Below, in pieces: positions 36,777-44,770 of a stretch of DNA of 64,000 bases (positions are counted from its first letter, which is position 1; each line of letters opens with the position of its first letter). The notes under the pieces are model-generated. The model saw only the letters and a program-made list of their open reading frames with translations, made no database searches and was not told the origin of the DNA. Position numbers and translations under genes: made by a program. Location of the stretch: positions 13,773-77,772 of the forward strand of contig JAATET010000132.1 of the NCBI GenBank assembly GCA_015655545.1, read 5' to 3'. The stretch comes from Chthoniobacterales bacterium (lineage in GTDB: Bacteria > Verrucomicrobiota > Verrucomicrobiia > Chthoniobacterales > JAATET01).

Positions 36777-36821
36777 AACGACACCCTTCTTGAAGCGTCA
36801 AAGATATCGGTTAAGGCAGCG

Positions 36822-36880
36822 ATTCGGGCCACCGCGGTTCAGTTTTCATTTGTTTCTGATTTCCGCGAGGTGGCCCGAAT
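36822..36880. promoter_or_regulatory. 16/17-bp inverted repeat with AT-rich 25-nt loop in the phoB-like leader/promoter region
   Basis: The left arm 'attcgggccaccgcgg' (36822-36837) pairs with 'ccgcgaggtggcccgaat' (36863-36880). There is one bulged base. The loop is 'ttcagttttcatttgtttctgattt'. Confidence 0.45.
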
Positions 36881-36901
36881 CATTTCTCCGCCAGCCGCGA
36901 A

Positions 36902-36919
36902 TTGTCACATTTACGTCAC
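36902..36919 (+). promoter_or_regulatory. Candidate Pho box
   Basis: 'TTGTCAC-ATTT-ACGTCAC': two 7-bp direct repeats with an AT-rich 4-bp spacer (11-bp period), close to the enterobacterial CTGTCAT-A(A/T)A(A/T)-CTGTCA(C/T) layout. It ends 50 nt upstream of the PhoB-like gene start. Confidence 0.4.
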
Positions 36920-36969
36920 CGTTGCGGACCTTGCCGCCGCCCGGTGCTTTCCGATAGAGAGGGACTCGC

Positions 36970-37659
36970 ATGGCTGAAACAGTGCTGGTCATTGAAGACG
37001 AACAGGATGTCGTCGATCTGCTGCGGTATCATTTAAACCGCGCCGGCTTTACCGTTTCGATCGCCGCGACCGGCATCCAAGGCCTCGAAAAAGCGCGCGC
37101 CGAGCGGCCGGAGATTATCATTCTCGACCTCATGCTGCCCGAGATGCCGGGCGAAAAAGTCTGCAAGGCGCTCAAGGAAGACGCCTCCACGGCCACCATT
37201 CCGATCATCATGCTCACCGCCAAGTCGCAGCCCGAGGAGCGCATCCTGGGCCTCGAACTCGGCGCGGACGACTACGTGCCAAAGCCGTTCAGTCCGAAAG
37301 AGCTCGTCCTGCGCGTGCAAGCCCTTCTGCGGCGCCTGCGCAAATCCGAGCAAGGCCACAATGTCGAGGTCGACGAATTTCTCATCGATAAAGCCACCTT
37401 CGAGGTGCGGCTCTCCGGCGAGCGGCTCGATCTCACGACCACGGAATTCAAGCTGCTCACGCTGCTCATCGAGCGCCGCGGGCGCATCCAGTCCCGCGAG
37501 ATGCTGCTCTACGATGTCTGGGGCTATCGCAACGCCATCGACACCCGCACCGTCGACACGCACATGCGCCGGCTCCGCGAAAAACTCGGCGACTTCGCCG
37601 TGCGGCTCGAGACGGTGCGCGGCGAAGGCTATCGCTTCAGCGCCCTCTCGAAGCCTTGA
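36970..37659 (+). CDS. PhoB-like OmpR-family response regulator
   Basis: 'VLVIEDEQDVVDLL...IIILDLMLPEMPG...DDYVPKPFSPKEL' and 'LTTTEFKLLTLLIERRGRIQSREMLLYDVWGYRNAIDTRTVDTHMRRLREKL' closely follow the PhoB pattern. Confidence 0.85.
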   Translation: MAETVLVIEDEQDVVDLLRYHLNRAGFTVSIAATGIQGLEKARAERPEIIILDLMLPEMPGEKVCKALKEDASTATIPIIMLTAKSQPEERILGLELGADDYVPKPFSPKELVLRVQALLRRLRKSEQGHNVEVDEFLIDKATFEVRLSGERLDLTTTEFKLLTLLIERRGRIQSREMLLYDVWGYRNAIDTRTVDTHMRRLREKLGDFAVRLETVRGEGYRFSALSKP

Positions 37660-38933
37660 TCGCCGCGCTCCTGCTCCTCGCCGCGGCCGCCCTCATCGGG
37701 TGGCTGCTGTGGCGCTCATGGATCCGCCCGCTGCTCGATTTGCGCGACCTCATCCGCGCGCTCGCCGATGACGAGGCCAACACGCCCATCGTCCGTTCCT
37801 CCCTCCGCCCATTCACCCAAATCTCGGCCGATCTCGGCCGCATCGCCGACCGCCAGCGGCGCCAGCGGCGGCAGCTCGCGGACGAAGGTTTCAGCCTGCG
37901 GGCCATTCTCGGCAGCATGATCGAAGGCGTGATGATCGTGGACCCGTCGCAGCGCATCCGCCTCGCGAACGACGCCCTCTACGCGATGTTCGACCTCACG
38001 CGTTCGCCCATCAATCGCGGCGTGCGCGAAGTTTTCCCGCATCCCGAGCTCGCCTCGGCCATCGAGCGCTCGCTGCGCGAGGTGCGCACCGTCATCCTCG
38101 AAATGCGGGACGAGCCACGCATCGGCGACACCAGAGTCGAACGTCATTTCCGCATCCACCTTTCGCCGCTCGCGCCGGTCGGCGGATCGACACCAGCCGG
38201 CGTGCTGGGCGTCTTCAATGACGTGACCGAGGTGCGCACCCTCGAATCCGTGCGCCGCGAATTTGTCGCCAATGTCTCGCACGAATTCCGCACGCCGCTG
38301 GCCATCATCAAAGGCTACGTCGAGACCTTGCTCGATGGCGCCCTCGACGATCGCGCCATGGCCGTGCGCTCGCTCGAGGTCATCCAAAAGCACGGCGACC
38401 GGCTGAATCTCCTCATCGACGACCTGCTGACCGTCTCCCGCATGGAGCATCGCGCGCCGGATATGAAATACTGCCTCGTCAGCCTGCCGCAAATTCTCGA
38501 CCGCGTGCTCGAACAACTCGATTCGACCATCCGCGCCCGCCAGGCCAGCGTGGAGCTCGCGCTGGATGTCGAACACATCGAGGTCGATCCTCCGCGAATC
38601 GAGCAGGTGTTTTTCAATCTGCTCGCGAACGCCTTGAAATACGGCGACGCCGGCGTGCAGCTGCGGATCAGCGCGCGGCAGCGGGGAGAGGAAATCGAAA
38701 TCGCCTTCGCCGACGACGGCCCTGGCATTCCTTACCAGGATCAGCCGCACATTTTCGAGCGCTTCTACCGCGTCCACAAGGACCGCTCGCGCGACGCCGG
38801 CGGCACGGGCCTCGGACTCTCGATCGTCAAGCACGTGGTCATGGCCCACGGCGGTCACGTGTCGGTGCGCAGCACCCCCGGCGCGGGAGCCACCTTTAAA
38901 ATCGCGCTTCCCGCACGGCACCGAAGCGGCTAG
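37656..38933 (+). CDS. PhoR-like sensor histidine kinase (TM, PAS, HisKA, HATPase)
   Basis: TTG start in a TTGA overlap. N-terminal TM 'IAALLLLAAAALIGWLLW'. PAS 'LRAILGSMIEGVMIVDPSQRIRLANDA'. H-box 'FVANVSHEFRTPLAIIKGY'. 'GTGLGLSIVKH'. Confidence 0.85.
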   Translation: MIAALLLLAAAALIGWLLWRSWIRPLLDLRDLIRALADDEANTPIVRSSLRPFTQISADLGRIADRQRRQRRQLADEGFSLRAILGSMIEGVMIVDPSQRIRLANDALYAMFDLTRSPINRGVREVFPHPELASAIERSLREVRTVILEMRDEPRIGDTRVERHFRIHLSPLAPVGGSTPAGVLGVFNDVTEVRTLESVRREFVANVSHEFRTPLAIIKGYVETLLDGALDDRAMAVRSLEVIQKHGDRLNLLIDDLLTVSRMEHRAPDMKYCLVSLPQILDRVLEQLDSTIRARQASVELALDVEHIEVDPPRIEQVFFNLLANALKYGDAGVQLRISARQRGEEIEIAFADDGPGIPYQDQPHIFERFYRVHKDRSRDAGGTGLGLSIVKHVVMAHGGHVSVRSTPGAGATFKIALPARHRSG

Positions 38934-38946
38934 CCGGAGAGGCGTC

Positions 38947-40284
38947 ATGACGATGAAAAATTTGAAAGGCCTTCGCGGCTTTCTCATCGACGCTCCGGAG
39001 CCGGGCAAACTGCGAGGCATCCGCGACGGCGCGGTCCTGATCGAGGACGGCGTGATCGCCGCCGCCGGTCCGTATGACGAAGTGCGCCGCACGCCCGACG
39101 CGGAGCTCGTGCGCTGGCAGCACTCCTCCGAGGCGGTCATTATCCCGGGCCTCATCGACATCCACGCACATCTGCCGCAATACCCGGTCGTCGCCCGCGT
39201 CGAGAAAGCGCTCCTCCCGTGGCTCCGGCGGCACGTGTTTCCCGTCGAAAAACAATTCAACGCCGCCACCGCGCGCACCTTCGCGCCCTTCTTTTTCGAG
39301 GCGCTCGCCCGCAATGGCACGACCTGCGCCATGCTCTACGCGACGATCCACGAGGACAGCTGCGACGCGGCCTTCGCGGCGGCGGAGCGCAGCGGCATGC
39401 GCATCATTCTCGGCAAGGTCATGATGGACTCGGGCAGCTACGGCGGCCTCCCGGCGGAAAAAATCCTCCCGCGTTCGCTCGAACAAAGCGAACGCCTCTG
39501 CCGCAAATGGCACGGCCGGGACAACGGCCGTCTCGAATACGCCTTCAGCCCGCGGTTCGCCGTGACCTGCACCGAGGAGCTCATGCGCGAAGCCGGATCG
39601 CTGGCGCGCAAGTTCGACGCCTACATTCAGACGCACCTTTCGGAAAACCACAACGAGATCGAGATGGTGCGCTCGCTCTTCCCGCGGCACCCGAGCTACA
39701 CCGCCGTCTACGAGGCCTGCGGCCTGCTCGGAGACCGCACGGTGCTCGGGCATTGCATTCATCTCGGCGACGAGGAAATCCAGCTGCTCGCGGAGTCGCG
39801 CTCTGCCGTCGCGCATTGTCCGACGTCGAACTTGTTTCTAAACAGCGGCATCATGCCGCTCGACCGCTTGCTCGACGCCGGCCTGCGCGTCGGTCTCGCC
39901 TCGGATGTCGCCGGCGGTCCCGAGCTGGACATGTGGCGCGTGATGCGGTGCGCGATCGAGTCGCAGAAGGCGCGCTCGTTCTACCAGACCGGCGTGCGCG
40001 TGCCGGCGGAGGCCGAGATTTTCCATCTCGCGACGCTCGGCGGCGCCCGGGCGCTCGGCAAAGAATCGTTGCTCGGCACGCTCGATGTCGGCAAGGAAGC
40101 CGACATGGTCGTGCTCGATCTCGCGCGCGTGCTGCCCTACGGCGAGCGTGGAAATGTCCACAGCGACCTTTCCGCGGAGGAAGTGATCACGCTGCTGATC
40201 TATCGCGGCGGACCGCAGGCGGTCATCGAGACGTTTGTGCGCGGCACGTCGATCCATCGCGCGCCGCCTCCGCTGCTGCTCTGA
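38947..40284 (+). CDS. Guanine-deaminase-like metal-dependent amidohydrolase
   Basis: 445 aa with 'IPGLIDIHAHLPQ', 'IQTHLSENHNEIE', 'HCIHL' and 'GLASDVAGG'. Starts 13 nt after the phoR-like stop, preceded by 'ggagagg'. Confidence 0.7.
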   Translation: MTMKNLKGLRGFLIDAPEPGKLRGIRDGAVLIEDGVIAAAGPYDEVRRTPDAELVRWQHSSEAVIIPGLIDIHAHLPQYPVVARVEKALLPWLRRHVFPVEKQFNAATARTFAPFFFEALARNGTTCAMLYATIHEDSCDAAFAAAERSGMRIILGKVMMDSGSYGGLPAEKILPRSLEQSERLCRKWHGRDNGRLEYAFSPRFAVTCTEELMREAGSLARKFDAYIQTHLSENHNEIEMVRSLFPRHPSYTAVYEACGLLGDRTVLGHCIHLGDEEIQLLAESRSAVAHCPTSNLFLNSGIMPLDRLLDAGLRVGLASDVAGGPELDMWRVMRCAIESQKARSFYQTGVRVPAEAEIFHLATLGGARALGKESLLGTLDVGKEADMVVLDLARVLPYGERGNVHSDLSAEEVITLLIYRGGPQAVIETFVRGTSIHRAPPPLLL

Positions 40285-40288
40285 GCCG

Positions 40289-40483
40289 CTACTTCGTGAC
40301 GCCCTTGTAGTCCGAGGTGGCCGTGATTTCGACCTTCTCGGTCTTTACGCCTTCCTTGAGCATGCGGGTATAGGGCCCATTCACATGGCCGTAGCCGCAA
40401 TACATGTCGCGCCGGTTTTCCAGCGTGGTGCAGGAAGTCAATCCGACGGCGAGTAACGAAAGACAAAGGAGGGCAACTTTCAC
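40289..40483 (-). CDS. Small putative lipoprotein
   Basis: 64 aa. 'MKVALLCLSLLAVGLTSC' is a signal peptide plus lipobox. The mature part has a non-shadow composition (K/E/T/Y-rich). Confidence 0.45.
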   Translation of the reverse strand: MKVALLCLSLLAVGLTSCTTLENRRDMYCGYGHVNGPYTRMLKEGVKTEKVEITATSDYKGVTK

Positions 40484-40588
40484 GGCGACGAGGTAAAACG
40501 CTTTCCCCGGCCGTTGTCAAATACAAGGCGGCGCAATCCTTAATCGAAAGTTGCCGCCCGCTCGCGCGCTGTGCAACCTGTCGCGCGC

Positions 40589-41527
40589 ATGCTGTTCGCC
40601 TACTATGTCCACCACCTCAGTCCGTTTCTCATCGAGTTCGGCCACGGCGTGGGCGTGCGCTGGTATGGGCTGGCCTACGTCGCGGGATTCCTAGCCGGCA
40701 TCGCCCTTTACAAACGTCTCGCGCGGCAGGGCTACTCCGACCTCAAGCCCGAGGCGGTGGCCGATTTCATCGTCGGCGGCGCCATCTTCGGCGTGATCAT
40801 CGGCGGACGCCTCGGCTACATGCTGCTCTACAATCTGGACGGCTTTCTCGCCAGCCCGCTCATCATTTTCAAACTCTGGGACGGCGGCATGTCCAGCCAC
40901 GGCGGCATGGTCGGGCTCGTGCTCTACACCCTCTGGTATGCGCGCCGCCACCGGATTTCGTGGCGCAATATTTGCGATAATCTCGTCGTCGTCGGCCCGC
41001 TGGGATTGATGTTCGGGCGCCTCGCGAATTTCATCAACGGCGAGCTCTACGGCCGGGCGGCGAGCGTCCCGTGGGCCATGCAATTCCCAAAGGAGCTCTA
41101 CACGCCCGGCGCCCGGCAGGAAGCCGCTCTCCAGGCCGCCGCCGCCATCGATCCGAACTGGAACAGCGTCGATCGGATCGAGGATGCGACGCGCGTCTCG
41201 GCCCCGCTTCGCGAAGCGCTCTCGCAAATCCTCACCCCGCGCCATCCCTCGCAGCTTTACGAGGCGGCGCTCGAAGGCGCGCTGCTCTTCTCGCTCCTCT
41301 GGCTGCTGCGCACACGGGTGAAAGTGCCGAACGGCGTGCTGACCGGGATTTTCTTCATCGCCTACGCCGCCGTGCGCATCGTGGGGGAGCTTTTCCGCGA
41401 GCCCGACGCGCCGCTCACCGGCCCGTTTACCCGCGGTCAGTTTCTTTCCTTCTTCCTCGTGCTTCTCGGTCTGGGATTTCTCATCTCCGCGCGACTGCGG
41501 CCCTCATGGCCCGCACGCTGGCGCTGA
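40589..41527 (+). CDS. lgt: Prolipoprotein diacylglyceryl transferase
   Basis: 'VRWYGLAYVAGFLAG', 'WDGGMSSHGGMVG', 'FGRLANFINGELYGR' and 'RHPSQLYEAALEG'. I prefer the ATG at 40589 over the GTG at 40571. Confidence 0.85.
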   Translation: MLFAYYVHHLSPFLIEFGHGVGVRWYGLAYVAGFLAGIALYKRLARQGYSDLKPEAVADFIVGGAIFGVIIGGRLGYMLLYNLDGFLASPLIIFKLWDGGMSSHGGMVGLVLYTLWYARRHRISWRNICDNLVVVGPLGLMFGRLANFINGELYGRAASVPWAMQFPKELYTPGARQEAALQAAAAIDPNWNSVDRIEDATRVSAPLREALSQILTPRHPSQLYEAALEGALLFSLLWLLRTRVKVPNGVLTGIFFIAYAAVRIVGELFREPDAPLTGPFTRGQFLSFFLVLLGLGFLISARLRPSWPARWR

Positions 41528-41530
41528 GAT

Positions 41531-42421
41531 TTAATTTCCAGGCGAAATCGTCGCGATAACCGGCGCGTGATCCGACGCAAAGGTCAGCCGCCTCGTCGCG
41601 AACTTCGGCTCCAGATCGCGTGAAAGCCACACCTGATCGAGCGAAAGCAGCGGCAGGCCGAAGAACCACGTCTCCCGAAAACCGCGATGCGGCCCATCCA
41701 TCACCTCGGAAAAACTCGTCCGCATGACCGCGAGACAGACCGATTCCAAAGGCGTGTTGAAATCTCCCATCACGATCGTGCGTGCATGTCCGCGTGCCAT
41801 CGCGGCGAGCAGATCGATCTGCGGCTGGCGCGGGAGAAACGGGCTCGCCGTCAAATCCGCGACGAAGACATTCAGCCGCTCCGCACCGAGCTTCACGCGG
41901 ATATGCGCCTCGTCACTTCCATTGACCAGCCCGGTCACCGACGCGTCGAGGATTTGACCGCGCGTCAGGCAGGCAAGTTCCTTCGCGCCCGCGAACATGT
42001 GATATCCCGGCAAAGCCCCTTCGTAAGCGCGCGCCTGCGCCGCCGGGATCTCGCCGCTTTCCACGAGGGCGATCACATCCGGCCGCTCCGCCTTCACGAG
42101 CGCGATCAGCGGCGGAAACGGATGCCGCGGGCGGCCCAGATTCCAGGTGATCACCTTCCACTTTCCGCTCGCGGGATAGTCCCATCCGTAGCTTTTGAAA
42201 AACCACGCGCCGAGCACCAGTACCGCCGCCAGCCCGATCACCCTTCTCGACATCCGTCTCCGGGCCAGGAGCGCCGCCAGCGCCAGCAAGCCCCCGGCGA
42301 CCGGCAGCGGCAGCGCATAAAATACCGGAGCGAACAGCGACTCCGTGTCGCTCACGGTCAAATGCACCGCGACTCCGCCCAGTCCCACGAGCAGCGCCAT
42401 GGTCGCGAGAAGCCACCTCAT
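41531..42421 (-). CDS. Membrane-anchored endonuclease/exonuclease/phosphatase (EEP) family protein
   Basis: Three N-terminal TM helices followed by 'VITWNLG', 'VMGDFNTP' and 'ASDHAPV'. Confidence 0.75.
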   Translation of the reverse strand: MRWLLATMALLVGLGGVAVHLTVSDTESLFAPVFYALPLPVAGGLLALAALLARRRMSRRVIGLAAVLVLGAWFFKSYGWDYPASGKWKVITWNLGRPRHPFPPLIALVKAERPDVIALVESGEIPAAQARAYEGALPGYHMFAGAKELACLTRGQILDASVTGLVNGSDEAHIRVKLGAERLNVFVADLTASPFLPRQPQIDLLAAMARGHARTIVMGDFNTPLESVCLAVMRTSFSEVMDGPHRGFRETWFFGLPLLSLDQVWLSRDLEPKFATRRLTFASDHAPVIATISPGN

Positions 42422-42454
42422 TGCCTCGAATGTCCCTCCGAACCCAAAATCCCG

Positions 42455-43075
42455 CTAGCGCCTCAATTTAATCACCGGTCTGGATTTCACATGCTGCACG
42501 GCCTGCGTCGCCGGCTCGGCGCTCGCGCGGGAAGGTTTCTGCGCCGCGCGGGCGCGCATGCGAGCCTCGGCGGCGGCGCGGATTTTTGGCGTGATGCGCA
42601 GGTTTGGCTTCTGCACGACATCGATGCGGCGGAGCAGCTCCACGCGCACCGGCACCACGCCCGCGCTGGTCATCTCCACCTGGCGCGCCGCGCCGCGGCT
42701 CAGATCGATGATGCGTCCGCGAATAAAGGGGCCGCGATCGTTGATGCGCACGATCACCCACTTGCCGTTGCGCTCGTTCGTCACGCGCACCCAGCTCTGC
42801 AGCGGAAAAGTGCGATGCGCCGCGGTGAGCGCATCCGCATGGAATCTCTCGCCGCTGGCCGTGCGATAGTCCTCCCAATAAAACGATGCCTTCCCGTGCT
42901 GCACCGTCACCGGCTTCGGCGAAAAAACCGCCGGCGGCATCCCCGGCCGGTCGTCGGGACGCACGATCACGCGCGGCCCCACGCAACCCGGCAGCAGGGC
43001 AAGCGCAAGCGCCGCAGCCAGCCATGCCGGCGGCAACCGATCGGAAAAAAAAACGCAACGCTTGAGGGAAGTCAA
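42455..43075 (-). CDS. RlpA-family (DPBB) septal lytic transglycosylase-like lipoprotein
   Basis: Lipobox 'LLPGC'. 'GKASFYWEDYRTASGERF...LTAAHRTFPLQSWVRVTNERNGKWVIVRINDRGPF'. TTG start. Confidence 0.8.
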   Translation of the reverse strand: MTSLKRCVFFSDRLPPAWLAAALALALLPGCVGPRVIVRPDDRPGMPPAVFSPKPVTVQHGKASFYWEDYRTASGERFHADALTAAHRTFPLQSWVRVTNERNGKWVIVRINDRGPFIRGRIIDLSRGAARQVEMTSAGVVPVRVELLRRIDVVQKPNLRITPKIRAAAEARMRARAAQKPSRASAEPATQAVQHVKSRPVIKLRR

Positions 43076-43154
43076 CGCGCGGAAGTCTGCCAGCCGTCAT
43101 CCGCTTTGGGAAGCCTCTGGCACAGCTCGGGAAGCTGCGCTCTAATGTCGGGCG

Positions 43155-44084
43155 ATGTTCGAACCGCCGCCCGATCTCACCGCCCGTCTTGGCGAGAGCC
43201 GCACGCGGGAACGGCTCCGGCTCGAACGAAAAATCTGGGCGCGTAAAAATCGCCGAAACCCGATCGCGATCTGGAGGCAGGCGGTCATCCCGTGGCTGGT
43301 CCTCGCGGGCCTGCGCGTGATCGGCCTGTCGCGCCGCGCCTACCGCGAATTCCTCGACGTCCGCCTCGTCGAAAACGCGGTAGTCCTCCCGACGCTCCCG
43401 CCCGCGTTCGACGGCTTCCGCCTGCTCCAGATCAGCGACCTGCACTCCGATCTCGATCCCGCCCTCATCGATCGCGTGATCGAATTGCTTGGCGGAGTCC
43501 GCTTCGACCAATGCGTGCTCACCGGCGATTATCACAACCGCCTCGGCGCTCCCTGGGATCGCTCGATCGCGCTCACTCTGCGCCTGATGCCGCATCTCGG
43601 CGCAAAACCGTTGGCCATTCTCGGCAACCACGACTTTCTCGCCAAAGTGCCGCCGTTCGAAGCGGCCGGGTTGCGCGTGCTGCTCAATGAATCCGTCGCC
43701 CTCGAGCGGGGCGGGGAACGGCTGTGGATTTGCGGCGTGGACGATCCTCACCTCTTTCGCACCCACGACCTTCGCGCCGCCAGCGCGGGCATTCCGAAGG
43801 GCGAATGCCGCATCCTCCTTGCGCACAGCCCGGAAACCTGGCGCGAAGCCGCCGGTCTCGGCTACGCCCTGCAGGTGAGCGGACACACGCATGGCGGGCA
43901 GGTCTGCCTGCCGGGCGGATTTCCGATCGTGCGGAAAGCGCCGGTCCGCCGCGCGCTGCTCGCCGGCCCGTGGCGGGAAGGCGCGATGCGTGGCTACACC
44001 TCGCGCGGCACGGGCAGCTGCACGGCGGCGGCGCGCTTGAATTGCCCGCCGGAAATTACGATCCATATCCTCAAATCCACATGA
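43155..44084 (+). CDS. Membrane-associated calcineurin-like metallophosphoesterase
   Basis: 'LLQISDLHSD', 'LTGDYHN', 'AILGNHDF' and 'VSGHTHGGQV'. Confidence 0.8.
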   Translation: MFEPPPDLTARLGESRTRERLRLERKIWARKNRRNPIAIWRQAVIPWLVLAGLRVIGLSRRAYREFLDVRLVENAVVLPTLPPAFDGFRLLQISDLHSDLDPALIDRVIELLGGVRFDQCVLTGDYHNRLGAPWDRSIALTLRLMPHLGAKPLAILGNHDFLAKVPPFEAAGLRVLLNESVALERGGERLWICGVDDPHLFRTHDLRAASAGIPKGECRILLAHSPETWREAAGLGYALQVSGHTHGGQVCLPGGFPIVRKAPVRRALLAGPWREGAMRGYTSRGTGSCTAAARLNCPPEITIHILKST

Positions 44085-44665
44085 AGCGATTGCTCACGAT
44101 TTTTCTAATTTTCGCGGCGCACGCGGAAGCGCAGACGCCGGTCCGCCACGCGGAGGCTGTATCGACGGCCCCGGCACCGCGACCTTTCAGCTTCGCCGAC
44201 GCCATCGCCATCCCCGCCGCGCAAGGCATCCGCTACAACGGCCGCTGGATTCCGCCGGGCGAGAGCGGCGCATGGGTGATGGATTGCTCGAACACCTCCC
44301 GCTGGCTCTACCGCGAAGTGCGCGGCATCGACATCCCCCGCACCGCCTCCGACCAATACGAGTGGCTCCGCGCGCGCCATCGGCTCTGGCGCACCGGCCC
44401 GAACGAACGCGCGCTCCGCAAGCGCCTGCGCCCCGGCGACCTGCTGTTTTGGGAGCACACCTACAAGCCGCCCCGCCGGCCGCCGGTCACGCACGTGATG
44501 GTCTATCTCGGCCTCGACGGGCGCGGCCGCATGCTCATGGCCGGCTCCCAGGGCGCGAGCGGCCCGGACATCTATCAATTCAAGCCCGGGAAAAAAATGG
44601 GCGGCTACCGCTTCTTCTTTTTCTTCCATCGCGACGGGCGCTTCGTCGCCTACGGGCGGCCTTGA
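44081..44665 (+). CDS. Secreted NlpC/P60-family cell-wall peptidase
   Basis: The ATG at 44081 is in an ATGA overlap. Signal peptide 'MKRLLTIFLIFAAHAEA'. Catalytic Cys context 'WVMDCSNTSRWLY' and His context 'THVMVYLG'. The track ORF start at 43724 is over-extended. Confidence 0.75.
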   Translation: MKRLLTIFLIFAAHAEAQTPVRHAEAVSTAPAPRPFSFADAIAIPAAQGIRYNGRWIPPGESGAWVMDCSNTSRWLYREVRGIDIPRTASDQYEWLRARHRLWRTGPNERALRKRLRPGDLLFWEHTYKPPRRPPVTHVMVYLGLDGRGRMLMAGSQGASGPDIYQFKPGKKMGGYRFFFFFHRDGRFVAYGRP

Positions 44666-44670
44666 AAAAA

Positions 44671-44757
44671 TGCGAAATTCGAAATGTGAAATTCGGAATG
44701 GCTGCAGACGGCTCCGCCGCGATTTCCCATTTCGCATTCTCCATTTCGCATTTCGCA
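44671..44757. repeat. AT-rich composite imperfect palindrome (31/32-nt arms built from tandem GCGAAAT-type units, 24-nt GC-rich spacer)
   Basis: Left arm tgcgaaattcgaaatgtgaaattcggaatgg. Right arm cccatttcgcattctccatttcgcatttcgca, whose reverse complement matches the left arm at roughly three quarters of positions. It lies between the NlpC/P60 stop (44665) and the permease ATG (44771). Confidence 0.8.
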
Positions 44758-44770
44758 TTCACCCCGAACG

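Noticed and set aside
42468-44066. 532-aa minus-strand ORF spanning the RlpA / metallophosphoesterase region. Similar cases are 22746..24023 (-), 24676..26601 (-), 37716..39332 (-), 47831..50758 (+), 56497..58017 (-), 60426..61829 (+) and 62136..63113 (-)
   Set aside because: All overlap genes with clear family signatures on the other strand or frame, and all show the typical shadow-ORF composition.
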